Source of the DNA: Spirochaetia bacterium
GTDB taxonomy: Bacteria > Spirochaetota > Leptospiria > Turneriellales > JAOUOS01
Reading direction: 5' to 3'
DNA: 64,000 nt
NCBI GenBank assembly: GCA_029880285.1
Contig: JAOUOS010000001.1
Location: 131,131 to 195,130, forward strand
The stretch's first letter is position 1. Every line of letters starts with the position of its first letter. Position numbers and translations under genes: made by a program. Of this stretch, positions 45,431 to 55,105 are shown piece after piece. The notes beneath the pieces are model-generated. The model saw only the letters and a program-made list of their open reading frames with translations, was not told the DNA's origin and searched no databases.

Positions 45431-48388
45431 GTGAAAAAATACAAAATATTAATTTTAGCTTTTTTTTTATTTAATCTTACACATAGTACGTCTGGCACGG
45501 GTAGCAAAGTTGTATGGGAAGATTTAGAATGGAACGTTTTAAAAAGCGAACATTTTGATATTCATTATCCAAAAGGCTATGATTATCTTGGAAAAACAGC
45601 GCTACTATACGCTGAAGAAGCCAATATTCTTTTAAGTAAAAAATTAGAACACAATTTATCTCAGGTTATACCTGTTTTTATTTATCCATCACACAGTCAT
45701 TTTCAAATGACAAATATTATTTTTGAAAATATAGAAGAAGGCGTGGGAGGCTTTACTGAAAGAATGAAGAAAAGAGTGGTTGTACCTTTCATGGGCAGTT
45801 ATGATGATTTTAGGCATGTTATAACCCATGAACTAGTTCATGCTTTTCAATATGATTTACTTTTAGGCGGCGGATTTGGCGGAGTTTTTGCCGCCCAATA
45901 TACTTTTAATCCTCCGCTTTGGCTTGTTGAAGGGATGGCTGAATATTTTTCTATAGGCTGGGACGAAACGGCAGATATGACCATAAGAGATGCCGTCTTA
46001 ACAGAAACTTTACCCTCTATTATAGATATGACTGAGTTTAACGTAATGACCGGATACATGTTATACAAAGGAGGACAATCTGTAATACACTTTATTGCAG
46101 AAACTTACGGTGAAAATAAAATAGCGGAATTCTTTAAAGATATAAGAGATATTAAAGATTTAAATGATGCCGTAAAAACTAACTTTGGAATTTCATTAAA
46201 AAGATTTGATAATGAATGGCGTCTATGGTGCAAAAGAAAGTTTTTCTTAAAAATAGAAAAAAATGTTGATGAAGAAGAAGCAAACCTTGTAAGCAGACAT
46301 TTTGAAGACAAAAGTTTTATTAATCTTCATCCTGCTTTATCACCAGATGGAAAACTCTTGGCCTATATGACCATTAGAGATTTTTTCCCTTCTATTGTTA
46401 TAAGAAAAGCCATACCATTTGAAGATAAAAGAAATTATTCATTAAGTAATGACAAACCAGATTTTGATGAAAAAATACTCATTACCAGCGGCAGAAAAAA
46501 TATCTTCTACCAGCTGAATATTCTTGATAACCGAATTTCTTTTTCTCCTGATTCTAAAAATATATTTTTTGGCGCTGAAAACAGTGGCAAAGATCATCTT
46601 TTTCTTTATAATATTGAAAAAGAAAAAATAGTAGAAAAATGGACCCCGCCTTTAGATATGATTCAATATCCACGGCTTTCTACTGATGGGAAAAAAGCGG
46701 TATTTACAGGAACTGTTGCCGGTCAAACCGATATATTTATTTTAGACTTAAAGACTTCGGAGCTTTTACAAATAACATTTAATTTATTTTCAAAAAGAGA
46801 CCCCGCATTAAACATTGATAACAGCCGCGTATTATTTTCGGCTAATAATAATATTGAAAATAATTTTGAATCTACTGTCTTTAACATTTTTGAATATAAT
46901 CTAAAAACTCAAGAAACAAAACAACTTACATTTAATATGAATAAAAATCATTCGCCGGTCTATATTAATGACAGCGAAATACTTTATACATCGAATGAAA
47001 ATGGTATTTTTAACGCGTATGTATTAAATTTAAATTCTATGCGTTCAAAACAAATTACCAACTTAACCGGTGGTGTTTTTGAACCCCAAATAAACGCTGA
47101 AACTAAAAAAATGACTTTTACAATGTATAGAAATCAGGGTTATGACATAGCTTTAAAATCAACCGCAGAAGATAAAAGTTATATTAATAAAAGCGAAGAA
47201 AAAGCAGTTTTTGAAAAAATAAAATACCCTGCTTATCCGGCGGGATTATCTTATATAAAGCCTGTTGATTACAATACCAGATTTTCACCCGACTGGCTTT
47301 TTTTTGGAATTCAATATTCAACTTATTTTGGGTTCGGTGGTTTTCTGCAGTCTTCTTTAAGTGATTATCTGGGCAACCATCAAATTCACGGTTATGTTGA
47401 TTATTTATCAAAAAGAGAATATCAAAACTCTACGTCTGAACTAAATATTTTAGAAAATATGAATTTTGACATAAATTACGGATATCTAAAAAAAAGAATG
47501 AATTTTTATGTAGGCTTTTTTCGCGCCTCAAATTTTTTCAGTATATTTAACATAACAGATATTGCTACTTTAAATGAAATTCTTCATAACCAAAACATAG
47601 TAACTGAAGATATATACAGATTTGGAGCATATTTTGCGGCTGAATACCCTTTTTCACCTTTTTGGTCAGCAGAAACCCGTCTTGAATTATCCAGATACCA
47701 GGAAACTTTTTATAAAAAAGATATTCCTGAAATTTATAAAAGAAAAGATATTTTTACCAATATACAAAGCTTAAACTTAGCAGCGCGTTATAACAATGTT
47801 TTATATTCTTTTGAGGGGCCTCTAAAAGGCTTATATTTTAAATTGCAGGGTGAACAAACTTTTAATTTAAGCGGCAATGATTTTGTTTATAACCGTGAAA
47901 TTGTTGATTTTAGATACTATTTTTTATTTTTTAATCGTTTTGTACTGGCATATCGTTTATTTGCAGGCAATATTTCTGGTCCTCAAAAAGAATATTTTCC
48001 ATGGCAAATAGGCGGATACAATACAATACGCGCCTATCCTTTCTTAAGTATGAAGGCCAGTAACGCTTTTTTTTCTAATATAGAATTTAGATTTCCTTTA
48101 ATTGACGCTATAATGTTTGGATTTCCCGTACCATGGATAATTCGCGGATTTTCAGGCGTAATGTTTCTTGATTCGGGTACGGCTTTTGATAATTATAAAG
48201 ACTTAAAAATTTATGATAAAAAAGAAAAATCACTGCAAGACTTAAAACTGTCATTTGGCCTTGGTATGCGTATGGTAATTTTTCCCGGGTTTTTAATTAA
48301 AATTGACTGGGGAACTCCATGGAATCTTAAAAAAGCGCTGCCAATTTCTAAATGGAAAGGTGAATTTTCTTTAGGTTATCAGTATTGA
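45431..48388 (+). CDS. Outer-membrane protein: N-terminal HExxH zincin-like domain + TolB-like beta-propeller + C-terminal Omp85/surface-antigen-type beta-barrel
   Basis: GTG start and signal peptide. HELVH at nt 45827-45841 with downstream EGMAEYF. Repeated PDGK/..SPD.. propeller-blade motifs (LSPDGKLLAY, FSPDSKNIFF, STDGKKAVFTG). Aromatic-rich alternating C-terminus ending ...GEFSLGYQY. Confidence 0.65.
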   Translation: MKKYKILILAFFLFNLTHSTSGTGSKVVWEDLEWNVLKSEHFDIHYPKGYDYLGKTALLYAEEANILLSKKLEHNLSQVIPVFIYPSHSHFQMTNIIFENIEEGVGGFTERMKKRVVVPFMGSYDDFRHVITHELVHAFQYDLLLGGGFGGVFAAQYTFNPPLWLVEGMAEYFSIGWDETADMTIRDAVLTETLPSIIDMTEFNVMTGYMLYKGGQSVIHFIAETYGENKIAEFFKDIRDIKDLNDAVKTNFGISLKRFDNEWRLWCKRKFFLKIEKNVDEEEANLVSRHFEDKSFINLHPALSPDGKLLAYMTIRDFFPSIVIRKAIPFEDKRNYSLSNDKPDFDEKILITSGRKNIFYQLNILDNRISFSPDSKNIFFGAENSGKDHLFLYNIEKEKIVEKWTPPLDMIQYPRLSTDGKKAVFTGTVAGQTDIFILDLKTSELLQITFNLFSKRDPALNIDNSRVLFSANNNIENNFESTVFNIFEYNLKTQETKQLTFNMNKNHSPVYINDSEILYTSNENGIFNAYVLNLNSMRSKQITNLTGGVFEPQINAETKKMTFTMYRNQGYDIALKSTAEDKSYINKSEEKAVFEKIKYPAYPAGLSYIKPVDYNTRFSPDWLFFGIQYSTYFGFGGFLQSSLSDYLGNHQIHGYVDYLSKREYQNSTSELNILENMNFDINYGYLKKRMNFYVGFFRASNFFSIFNITDIATLNEILHNQNIVTEDIYRFGAYFAAEYPFSPFWSAETRLELSRYQETFYKKDIPEIYKRKDIFTNIQSLNLAARYNNVLYSFEGPLKGLYFKLQGEQTFNLSGNDFVYNREIVDFRYYFLFFNRFVLAYRLFAGNISGPQKEYFPWQIGGYNTIRAYPFLSMKASNAFFSNIEFRFPLIDAIMFGFPVPWIIRGFSGVMFLDSGTAFDNYKDLKIYDKKEKSLQDLKLSFGLGMRMVIFPGFLIKIDWGTPWNLKKALPISKWKGEFSLGYQY

Positions 48389-48391
48389 AAT

Positions 48392-48658
48392 TTATTCTTT
48401 GTCTGAATTTTCTTCAGCTACATCATTCGCCGACATTCTATTAAAAAGAGCTTCAGGTCTTACACATGATAAAAAAGTATATTGGCTTTCTGTTAAAATC
48501 ATAGATCGTATTTTTCTACCCATAGTGCAATCAATTAGCGTGTTATTTTCTCTGGCATCGTCTCTTATTCTTTTGGCTGCTGTTGTTTCAGGCGCTATGA
48601 TTGCCACTACTTTTGATGCCGAAAGAACATTTGAAAAACCTATATGCAATAATGTCAT
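48392..48658 (-). CDS. remA: RemA/DUF370-family regulator
   Basis: MTLLHIGFSNVLSASKVVAIIAPETTAAKRIRDDARENNTLIDCTMGRKIRSMILTES closely follows the conserved RemA/YlzA pattern (INIGFGN..., SAP.KR, LIDAT.GR..R). Confidence 0.8.
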   Translation of the reverse strand: MTLLHIGFSNVLSASKVVAIIAPETTAAKRIRDDARENNTLIDCTMGRKIRSMILTESQYTFLSCVRPEALFNRMSANDVAEENSDKE

Positions 48659-48852
48659 ATTAGAATGTTAATAGTGCCCTTTTCATTATATCCTGTATTA
48701 GTCTGCTTGTTACTAACGCTTTTATTAATTTCTTGGCCTTCATTTGTATCTACGTTCGATTTGCCTCTCACTGATAAATATAGTAAAGCTTTTATCTCTT
48801 CAAGCGTCATTAAAGGGGTCATGCCATTCATACTTGTTTGTACACTGTTCAT
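48655..48852 (-). CDS. Small hypothetical protein translationally coupled to remA
   Basis: 65-aa ORF whose stop overlaps the remA ATG (ATGA). No recognisable motif. An antisense ORF of similar size also exists. Confidence 0.3.
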   Translation of the reverse strand: MNSVQTSMNGMTPLMTLEEIKALLYLSVRGKSNVDTNEGQEINKSVSNKQTNTGYNEKGTINILI

Positions 48853-49072
48853 GATAAACCTTCCTATTTTAAAATATCGTCTGATTAAAAAATAACTTAA
48901 TAAAATTAATTTTATAAAAAATTTATTTTAGCACTTAATAATACAATCCGATATCATATTCAAATAGAAAGTTTATGATTACACAAACAATAATAGGTTT
49001 ACTACTTAATTAAAGAGTCGAAATGAAGCGGTAAAAACTTCGTGTTTTTAAAAACTTTCACAGGAGAAATCT

Positions 49073-49891
49073 ATGAATACTAAATTAAATGAAAACATAA
49101 AAAACAAAGATTTTTTTTCACATAAAACAGCATGGAGCGAGAGTTTATACTCAGATAATTACAATAAATTTAATAAAAAGTCATTTAAAAGAAATGATGA
49201 TATTATTGATAATATCAATAATTGTTCCATAGAACAATTTTTATTAAAAATTAAAAAAGCTGAAGATTGGATAAGTTTATGTTTTGAAGCAGAGGTCGCG
49301 AATTCAAAATCTGTAGAAAAATTATGGATAGCGGGTATTGAAAAATTTCATGGCTCGGTTATTTATCTTGAAAATTTAGGATTCTATTATTATCGAAAAA
49401 AACAATTTCATAAGGCCCTGCAATATTTAAAAAATAGTCTTGATATATTAAAAAGCTGCAATGCGGTTAAAATAGGTGTTGCTTCGGCATACGCGCTTTC
49501 TCAATACCATTTAGTTTGGGATTACTATAATTTATTAAATCAAACTGAACAAAAAAAACTAGAAGATGAACTATTAAACAAGGTTGCGATATCTGCCCTT
49601 CATCAATCTCAATATAAAGAAGCTGAAAATATTTTTATTTATTTAAGAAACAGAAAAAAATTACCTGAGCTACCTTCACTTGAAGAATCCCTTTTAGAAT
49701 CTTTTGAAACAAAAGAAAAAATGAATAACTGGATGTCTGAAATGGATAAGCAGGTAAATAATTCTTCATTAAGAAAGAAATTACCTGTTTATAAAATGGT
49801 AACCTATGCTTCTGTTTTAATTTATAGAAAACAATATAAAGATGCTTTAATTTTACTTACTAAAATTAAATCGCAAATTGAAAGAAATTAA
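49073..49891 (+). CDS. Hypothetical helical (TPR-like) protein
   Basis: 272 aa, preceded by AGGAG 7 nt upstream. Has TPR-like segments (GFYYYRKKQFHKALQYLKNSLDI). Confidence 0.45.
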   Translation: MNTKLNENIKNKDFFSHKTAWSESLYSDNYNKFNKKSFKRNDDIIDNINNCSIEQFLLKIKKAEDWISLCFEAEVANSKSVEKLWIAGIEKFHGSVIYLENLGFYYYRKKQFHKALQYLKNSLDILKSCNAVKIGVASAYALSQYHLVWDYYNLLNQTEQKKLEDELLNKVAISALHQSQYKEAENIFIYLRNRKKLPELPSLEESLLESFETKEKMNNWMSEMDKQVNNSSLRKKLPVYKMVTYASVLIYRKQYKDALILLTKIKSQIERN

Positions 49892-49897
49892 TTAATA

Positions 49898-50245
49898 TTA
49901 TTCTTCTAAAATCAATTTAACAGCTTCATCAACAGAATCATATACTTTAAATATTTTATCTAGCATGGTAATTTGAAGAAGCTGAAAAACTTCTTCTGAG
50001 TTAGATACTAAATAAATATCACCATTTTCTTTTTTAAACTTTCGCTTATAATTTACTAAAACACCTAGTGTAGCACTAGGAATCAAGGTAACCGCTCTAA
50101 GATCGATAATTATTTTAGTTATTTTTTTTTCAAAAAAATCGGCAAGTACATCTTCAATTTTTTCTGTTTCATCCTGTTGAATATTGCCCTTAAGCTCAAT
50201 AATTTCTAGTCCTTTTTCAGAATAGTACTTCATTAATTTTACCAA
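49898..50245 (-). CDS. STAS-domain protein (anti-sigma-factor antagonist family)
   Basis: LEIIELKGNI..., IIIDLRAVTLIPSATLGVLV. The track start is TTG; ATG at 50233 (MKYYSEKG) is more likely. Confidence 0.7.
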   Translation of the reverse strand: MVKLMKYYSEKGLEIIELKGNIQQDETEKIEDVLADFFEKKITKIIIDLRAVTLIPSATLGVLVNYKRKFKKENGDIYLVSNSEEVFQLLQITMLDKIFKVYDSVDEAVKLILEE

Positions 50246-50285
50246 AAAATATATCTGCGAACCGAATTATTTTGTCAACTAAATT

Positions 50286-51536
50286 TTACTGACAATCACA
50301 TGTAAAAGTAACAAGAGCTTTATTTTGTTTCGTTACATTTACGGGCACTTCGGCCTCATTACACAAAACCCCTTTTTCAGGAAAACCATCATTGCCGGGC
50401 AAGTCAATATCGTCTTCTGTTTTATAGGTTAAATCGCATGTTTTATATATATTATATTTTCCTTCTGGTAAATTTTTTATTTCTGCGGCAGGCTTTCCCG
50501 ATACGGCTGCATAGGGCATTTGGGTAGCCGCGTCAAAGTTTTCACCAACAGGAATAGCGGCATAATAATATTTTTCACTTTGGCTTATACCTGAGTCAGA
50601 TATTTCTACACTTCCTGTTTCTTCTGGAACATATGCTCTAGCGTTAAAAATAATACTGCCCCCCATTTTTCCTTTGTTGTTTATATCTGCATGAGCGTGA
50701 TTTGAATTCCAATCTGAAAAGGCGGTAAAAGATAAATAATTTATGTCAGAAGAATCTGTTTTTAAATCTGAAATTAAATGTTTCATTAAAATGTTTTTAA
50801 GCAGTATTCGAATTTCAAAAACATAAGGTTTATTAGATTCCGAAATTTTAATTTTTAAGTCTTTTCGCTGCAACGGAAACAATCTGGGTTCATTTTCATT
50901 GGTATCATCACTGACGTTCCATTGGTAAAGACTTTCAATATCATATCCGTAAATTTTTCTATTATCAAAAGACGCTAATGCTTCTCTAACGAAATTACCG
51001 GCAGTATCATAATAATAAGCCGGTGAGATTGCGAACTTTCGTATAAAAATCGCTAGATGTTTATATTCTCCGCTTTCTATATCTACTGAAGGATAATTGA
51101 ATCCACTTGAGAAAAACTCCTGTAATTTATTAATACCATTATTTTCTTTACATGATTCTAATTCTTTATCATACATCGCGCCATAGCTTGTGCATAGAAC
51201 CTGCCTGTCTCTGGCAAAATACTGCCAATATTCACTTTTATCGGTTGTCTCACTTATATCGTTTCTTTTTGAAATTCTTATTTCAGCTATATCTATATAA
51301 AATTTAAGATCTTCAGTTGAAATTACGTCTTGCGGCACGTCAGCAACAAGTGTATAAGCGTCATCTACGTAAACCGGTGTCTCATTTGTAAATAAGTACG
51401 GATCATTGCTTTCATAGGTGCCTTTTAAGTTTAATGTTATTCTCGAATTAGTTAAATCTGATAACACAGGTTTATTTGTACATGAATAAAATAAAAAAAT
51501 TGCTAGTATTATTATAATATTTTGAATTATCTTCAT
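50286..51536 (-). CDS. Putative lipoprotein, function unknown
   Basis: Signal plus lipobox AIFLFYSCTN. 416 aa, beta-rich, Cys-containing C-terminus (TFTCDCQ). Confidence 0.5.
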   Translation of the reverse strand: MKIIQNIIIILAIFLFYSCTNKPVLSDLTNSRITLNLKGTYESNDPYLFTNETPVYVDDAYTLVADVPQDVISTEDLKFYIDIAEIRISKRNDISETTDKSEYWQYFARDRQVLCTSYGAMYDKELESCKENNGINKLQEFFSSGFNYPSVDIESGEYKHLAIFIRKFAISPAYYYDTAGNFVREALASFDNRKIYGYDIESLYQWNVSDDTNENEPRLFPLQRKDLKIKISESNKPYVFEIRILLKNILMKHLISDLKTDSSDINYLSFTAFSDWNSNHAHADINNKGKMGGSIIFNARAYVPEETGSVEISDSGISQSEKYYYAAIPVGENFDAATQMPYAAVSGKPAAEIKNLPEGKYNIYKTCDLTYKTEDDIDLPGNDGFPEKGVLCNEAEVPVNVTKQNKALVTFTCDCQ

Positions 51537-51550
51537 TTTTAAGAATCCTT

Positions 51551-52138
51551 CTATATGTTAAAATTTACCATTAACCCTAAATTAAAAAAGTGCCCGTTAA
51601 TTATTTTCATATTAGGATTTTCTTCAGGGGGTTTTAAATATTTTTCGTACACAAAATAGTAATCTGCCCTTAACCCTATATTAACATATTTACCGGCAGG
51701 AAAGCTCATCTCTAAACCTGAAAACCACATAGGATGCGTGTTTGAGTTATTTTCAGGATTATTTTTCAAATAAACTGCCCCTAGGCCAGATTTTGCCTGA
51801 AAAGATACCGGAAGTTCCAGCGGAAGCATATATGATAGAGCGGCATACATTGGTATGGCATGTAACCCCTCTGTTTTATCAGAATCATAATAACTATAAG
51901 AAGAACATACTTCTGTTTTTAAAGTTTCAAAAGGTAAATTTACGCGGTAAAACAATCCGCCACCTAGGTATGTATTTAAAACATCAGACAATTGACTTCC
52001 CGGAAAAGGCGTAACCGCGCCAAACCAAATACCAATCTGTTGTTTTAACTTCCATTCTTCTGTAATTTCTTGTGAATATAAATTAAAAGAAAATAAACTT
52101 AAAAAAATCATGAACAATAAATGTTTAATTAGTTTCAT
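51551..52138 (-). CDS. Small outer-membrane beta-barrel protein (OmpA-like/porin-family fold)
   Basis: ATG at 52138 gives MKLIKHLLFMIFLSLFSFNLYSQE, a signal peptide. Alternating aromatic/hydrophobic strands follow. C-terminus is ...FFNLGLMVNFNI. The track ORF starts at an upstream TTG (52177). Confidence 0.5.
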   Translation of the reverse strand: MKLIKHLLFMIFLSLFSFNLYSQEITEEWKLKQQIGIWFGAVTPFPGSQLSDVLNTYLGGGLFYRVNLPFETLKTEVCSSYSYYDSDKTEGLHAIPMYAALSYMLPLELPVSFQAKSGLGAVYLKNNPENNSNTHPMWFSGLEMSFPAGKYVNIGLRADYYFVYEKYLKPPEENPNMKIINGHFFNLGLMVNFNI

Positions 52139-52183
52139 AAATTCAAACCAAAGAAGAATAAAAACTTTACTCGTCAATACAAA

Positions 52184-53197
52184 CTATGAATTTTCAATCC
52201 ATTTTTTTAAAACAGATATCCAGTCTTTATTATAATTTAAAGATGACGCTAAATAAAGATTCTTACCTCCTGCCTTTATAAAATTTTCTTTAGCTCTTAT
52301 GCCTATTTCTTCAAGAGTTTCTAAACAATCTGCGGTAAAAGAAGGACAAACAAGCAAAATATTTTTTTTATTTTCTCTTGCGGCTTTTATAATTTCTGTT
52401 TCAGTAAAAGGTGAAAGCCAAGAATCTTTAGAAAAACGAGATTGATAGCAAATAGAATACTGGCTGTTAGAAATTTTCAATTCTTTTGCCGTCAGATTTG
52501 TCGTTTCAATTGTTTGATGTTTATAGCAGGTTAAATGCGCGTTTGATTTTTTTTTACAGCAATTTTCTGTTTGTAAACAATGATTTTTGGTTTTATCGGT
52601 TTTTTTTAAATGACGAAGCGGAATCCCATGATAACTAAAAAATATGTGATCTATTTTTTTTTTCAAGAAAGGCTTTATTGTTAAAGCTAAAGAATTTATA
52701 TAATCTTTATCATTATAAAATGGAGGATGGAACTTTAATTCAATATTCTTAAAATATCTTGAAGCAATACTTTTTACTTTTTCTACACAGGTTTCATAGC
52801 TTGACATAGCATAATGAGGGAACATAGGAATTATATAAATTTTTTTATTTTCTTTCGCAAGTTTATTAAGTCCTTTTACAATAGAAAGAGAACCATATCT
52901 CATTGATATTTCTATTGAATATTTATTTTTTAAGGCTTTTCTTAGTGACTCTGCCGCATAAAGAGAATTTACAATTAACGGAGAACCTTCCTGTGTCCAA
53001 ATTTGCTTGTAAGCTTTCGCAGATTTACGGGGACGAAAAGGCAGTATAAAAAAATAAATAATTATAAACCTGAATAAAAAAGGAATATCAATTACTCTTT
53101 TATCCATTAAAAATTCTGCCAGATATCGACGTACATCTGAAGTTTTACAGGTATCTGGAGACCCCAGATTTACCAATAATATACCGGAATTTTTCAT
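52184..53197 (-). CDS. hemH: Ferrochelatase (with internal Cys-rich insertion)
   Basis: GILLVNLGSPD, IIPMFPHYA, FSYHGIPLRH, and a C-terminal PSFTADCLETLEE. Confidence 0.9.
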   Translation of the reverse strand: MKNSGILLVNLGSPDTCKTSDVRRYLAEFLMDKRVIDIPFLFRFIIIYFFILPFRPRKSAKAYKQIWTQEGSPLIVNSLYAAESLRKALKNKYSIEISMRYGSLSIVKGLNKLAKENKKIYIIPMFPHYAMSSYETCVEKVKSIASRYFKNIELKFHPPFYNDKDYINSLALTIKPFLKKKIDHIFFSYHGIPLRHLKKTDKTKNHCLQTENCCKKKSNAHLTCYKHQTIETTNLTAKELKISNSQYSICYQSRFSKDSWLSPFTETEIIKAARENKKNILLVCPSFTADCLETLEEIGIRAKENFIKAGGKNLYLASSLNYNKDWISVLKKWIENS

Positions 53198-53198
53198 T

Positions 53199-53864
53199 TT
53201 ATGGTGAAAGTCTTACTGTTTTCCATATGTTATTTTCACTTCTATATTCTATTCTATCATGCAGTCTTGATTCTCTGCCCTGCCAAAATTCAATAACTGA
53301 AGGTATTAATATATATCCACCCCAATATTCAGGCATAGTTATTTCTTTTTCGGCAAATTCTTTTTTATATTTTGCGAACTCATCTTCTAAAAATTTTCTA
53401 TCTTTAATTTCATGACTTTGTTTTGAGGCCCATGCCCCTATTTTACTTGCCTCTGGACGGGTTTTAAAATATTTTTCTGCTTCTTCTTTTGAAATTTTTT
53501 TAACAATACCGTCAATTCGTACCTGACGGCTTAAAGGTGACCAGTAAAAAAGATAAGACGCCTTATTGTTATTTTTTAGTTCTTGCGCCTTCCTGCTTAG
53601 ATAATTTGTATAAAAAACAAACCCTTCTTTATCAAAAGATTTTAATAATACAATACGTGTATCAGGAGAATTATCTTCTCTTACCGTACAAAGAGCCCCG
53701 GCGTTCACGTCTATAACTTCAATACTTAAAGCCTCTTCAAACCATTTTTCAAATTGCTTTATGGGATCAGCAAAAATATCTTTTTCTAATAAACCATTGC
53801 CGGTATATTCTCTTCTTAATTTTTCGTATTTTTCTTTTTTTATTTCTTCGTTTTTTTCACTCAA
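53199..53864 (-). CDS. pdxH: Pyridoxamine 5'-phosphate oxidase
   Basis: RIVLLK, the FYTNYLSRKAQEL pattern, IEFWQGRESRLHDRIEY, and a terminal RLSP. TTG start preceded by AAGAGGT. Confidence 0.9.
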   Translation of the reverse strand: MSEKNEEIKKEKYEKLRREYTGNGLLEKDIFADPIKQFEKWFEEALSIEVIDVNAGALCTVREDNSPDTRIVLLKSFDKEGFVFYTNYLSRKAQELKNNNKASYLFYWSPLSRQVRIDGIVKKISKEEAEKYFKTRPEASKIGAWASKQSHEIKDRKFLEDEFAKYKKEFAEKEITMPEYWGGYILIPSVIEFWQGRESRLHDRIEYRSENNIWKTVRLSP

Positions 53865-53923
53865 TTTGTTTTACCTCTTATTATAAACGTCAAATATTAA
53901 AAGAAAGACATCCCATAAAGTTT

Positions 53924-55105
53924 TTATCCTAAAAAATTTTTAAATTTTAACTGATAGTTTTTAAAAAAGAAAAACATCAACAAGGCTGTAAATGAACCTA
54001 AAAAAGCCAATAAGAAAACCATATCATATTTATTTTCAGACGCTAAATTCCCCAGAAAATACGCTCCTAAGCCGGTACCAGTTGAACGGGCCAATATCAA
54101 ATACATTGCCTGTGCCGTGGCAAGCCTTCTAGGATGTGTTTTTTTTTCTAAAAACAAAAGTGATCCCATATAACCTCCTGAAAACTGAATACCGTGTAAA
54201 AACTGCCAAATTAACACCCCCCCGCCGGGAATAAACATCCATAATATGAAATTGCGTAGCGTACCAGCCGCGAAGCCAGCGCTTAAAAGCGGCATAATTC
54301 CATTTTTTTTAATTAAATAAGGTGAATAAATAAAAAATATAATCTCTACCAATGTTCCAATTATCCAGATAAAAGGTATGGGCTGCATAATAAAATTTAT
54401 ATTGCTTAAATATGAACTTATAACATATTCAGCCGAAGAATATCCTATAAAAAAGAAAAACATCATTAATAAAAAAAATATCATTAACGGGGACCGCAAA
54501 AGTTTAATCATCTGTGACCAGTGAGCAGCTGACTTTTCACTTTCTCTGGGATTTCTTTTAACAGGTAAAAATAAAATAATTATACTGCTAATTAAAAAAA
54601 AAATAAACGCGTATGACATATAAACATATGAATTTAAAGATAAAAATAATAATGGGATATTTACAACAAGAAATCCTAATGTGCCATAAAGCCTAAAATG
54701 TCCAAAAAAAAGAGGATCATTCCCGCTTTGCATAAACAAAACATCAACCAATGGTATGGTTCCTCCAATAGAAAAAGTTAAAAGACACCATAAAACTATA
54801 GCATATTCATATATATTTTCACCTTGTAAATTTGGCAAAAGTGATAATATATAAATAGATATTGAACTTATTAATATTTTAACTATAATAATATATCTCG
54901 CGTGCAGAGTTTTATCTGATATGTAGCCAGAAAGCAATGCTCCAAAAGGCATGGATATTTGCCCGGCCAAAAATATTAATCCCGGATTTTTAAAATTAAA
55001 AACATTTAAAAAATAAGGCGATATCTGTGGAACAATTAACCCCATTCCACAGAAATATATAAAAAACCAGATTTTAAAGAATAAATTAATCTTGAAAAGA
55101 TTCAA
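53924..55105 (-). CDS. MFS-type transporter (12 TM)
   Basis: 393 aa, uniformly hydrophobic with ~12 predicted helices and a central loop (KRNPRESEKSAAHW). Confidence 0.7.
   Translation of the reverse strand: MNLFKINLFFKIWFFIYFCGMGLIVPQISPYFLNVFNFKNPGLIFLAGQISMPFGALLSGYISDKTLHARYIIIVKILISSISIYILSLLPNLQGENIYEYAIVLWCLLTFSIGGTIPLVDVLFMQSGNDPLFFGHFRLYGTLGFLVVNIPLLFLSLNSYVYMSYAFIFFLISSIIILFLPVKRNPRESEKSAAHWSQMIKLLRSPLMIFFLLMMFFFFIGYSSAEYVISSYLSNINFIMQPIPFIWIIGTLVEIIFFIYSPYLIKKNGIMPLLSAGFAAGTLRNFILWMFIPGGGVLIWQFLHGIQFSGGYMGSLLFLEKKTHPRRLATAQAMYLILARSTGTGLGAYFLGNLASENKYDMVFLLAFLGSFTALLMFFFFKNYQLKFKNFLG

Noticed and set aside
48399-48895. Plus-strand ORFs 48399-48671 (90 aa) and 48665-48895 (76 aa)
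   Set aside because: They are antisense to the RemA/DUF370 gene, whose translation matches a well-conserved family pattern. The plus-strand products have no recognisable features.
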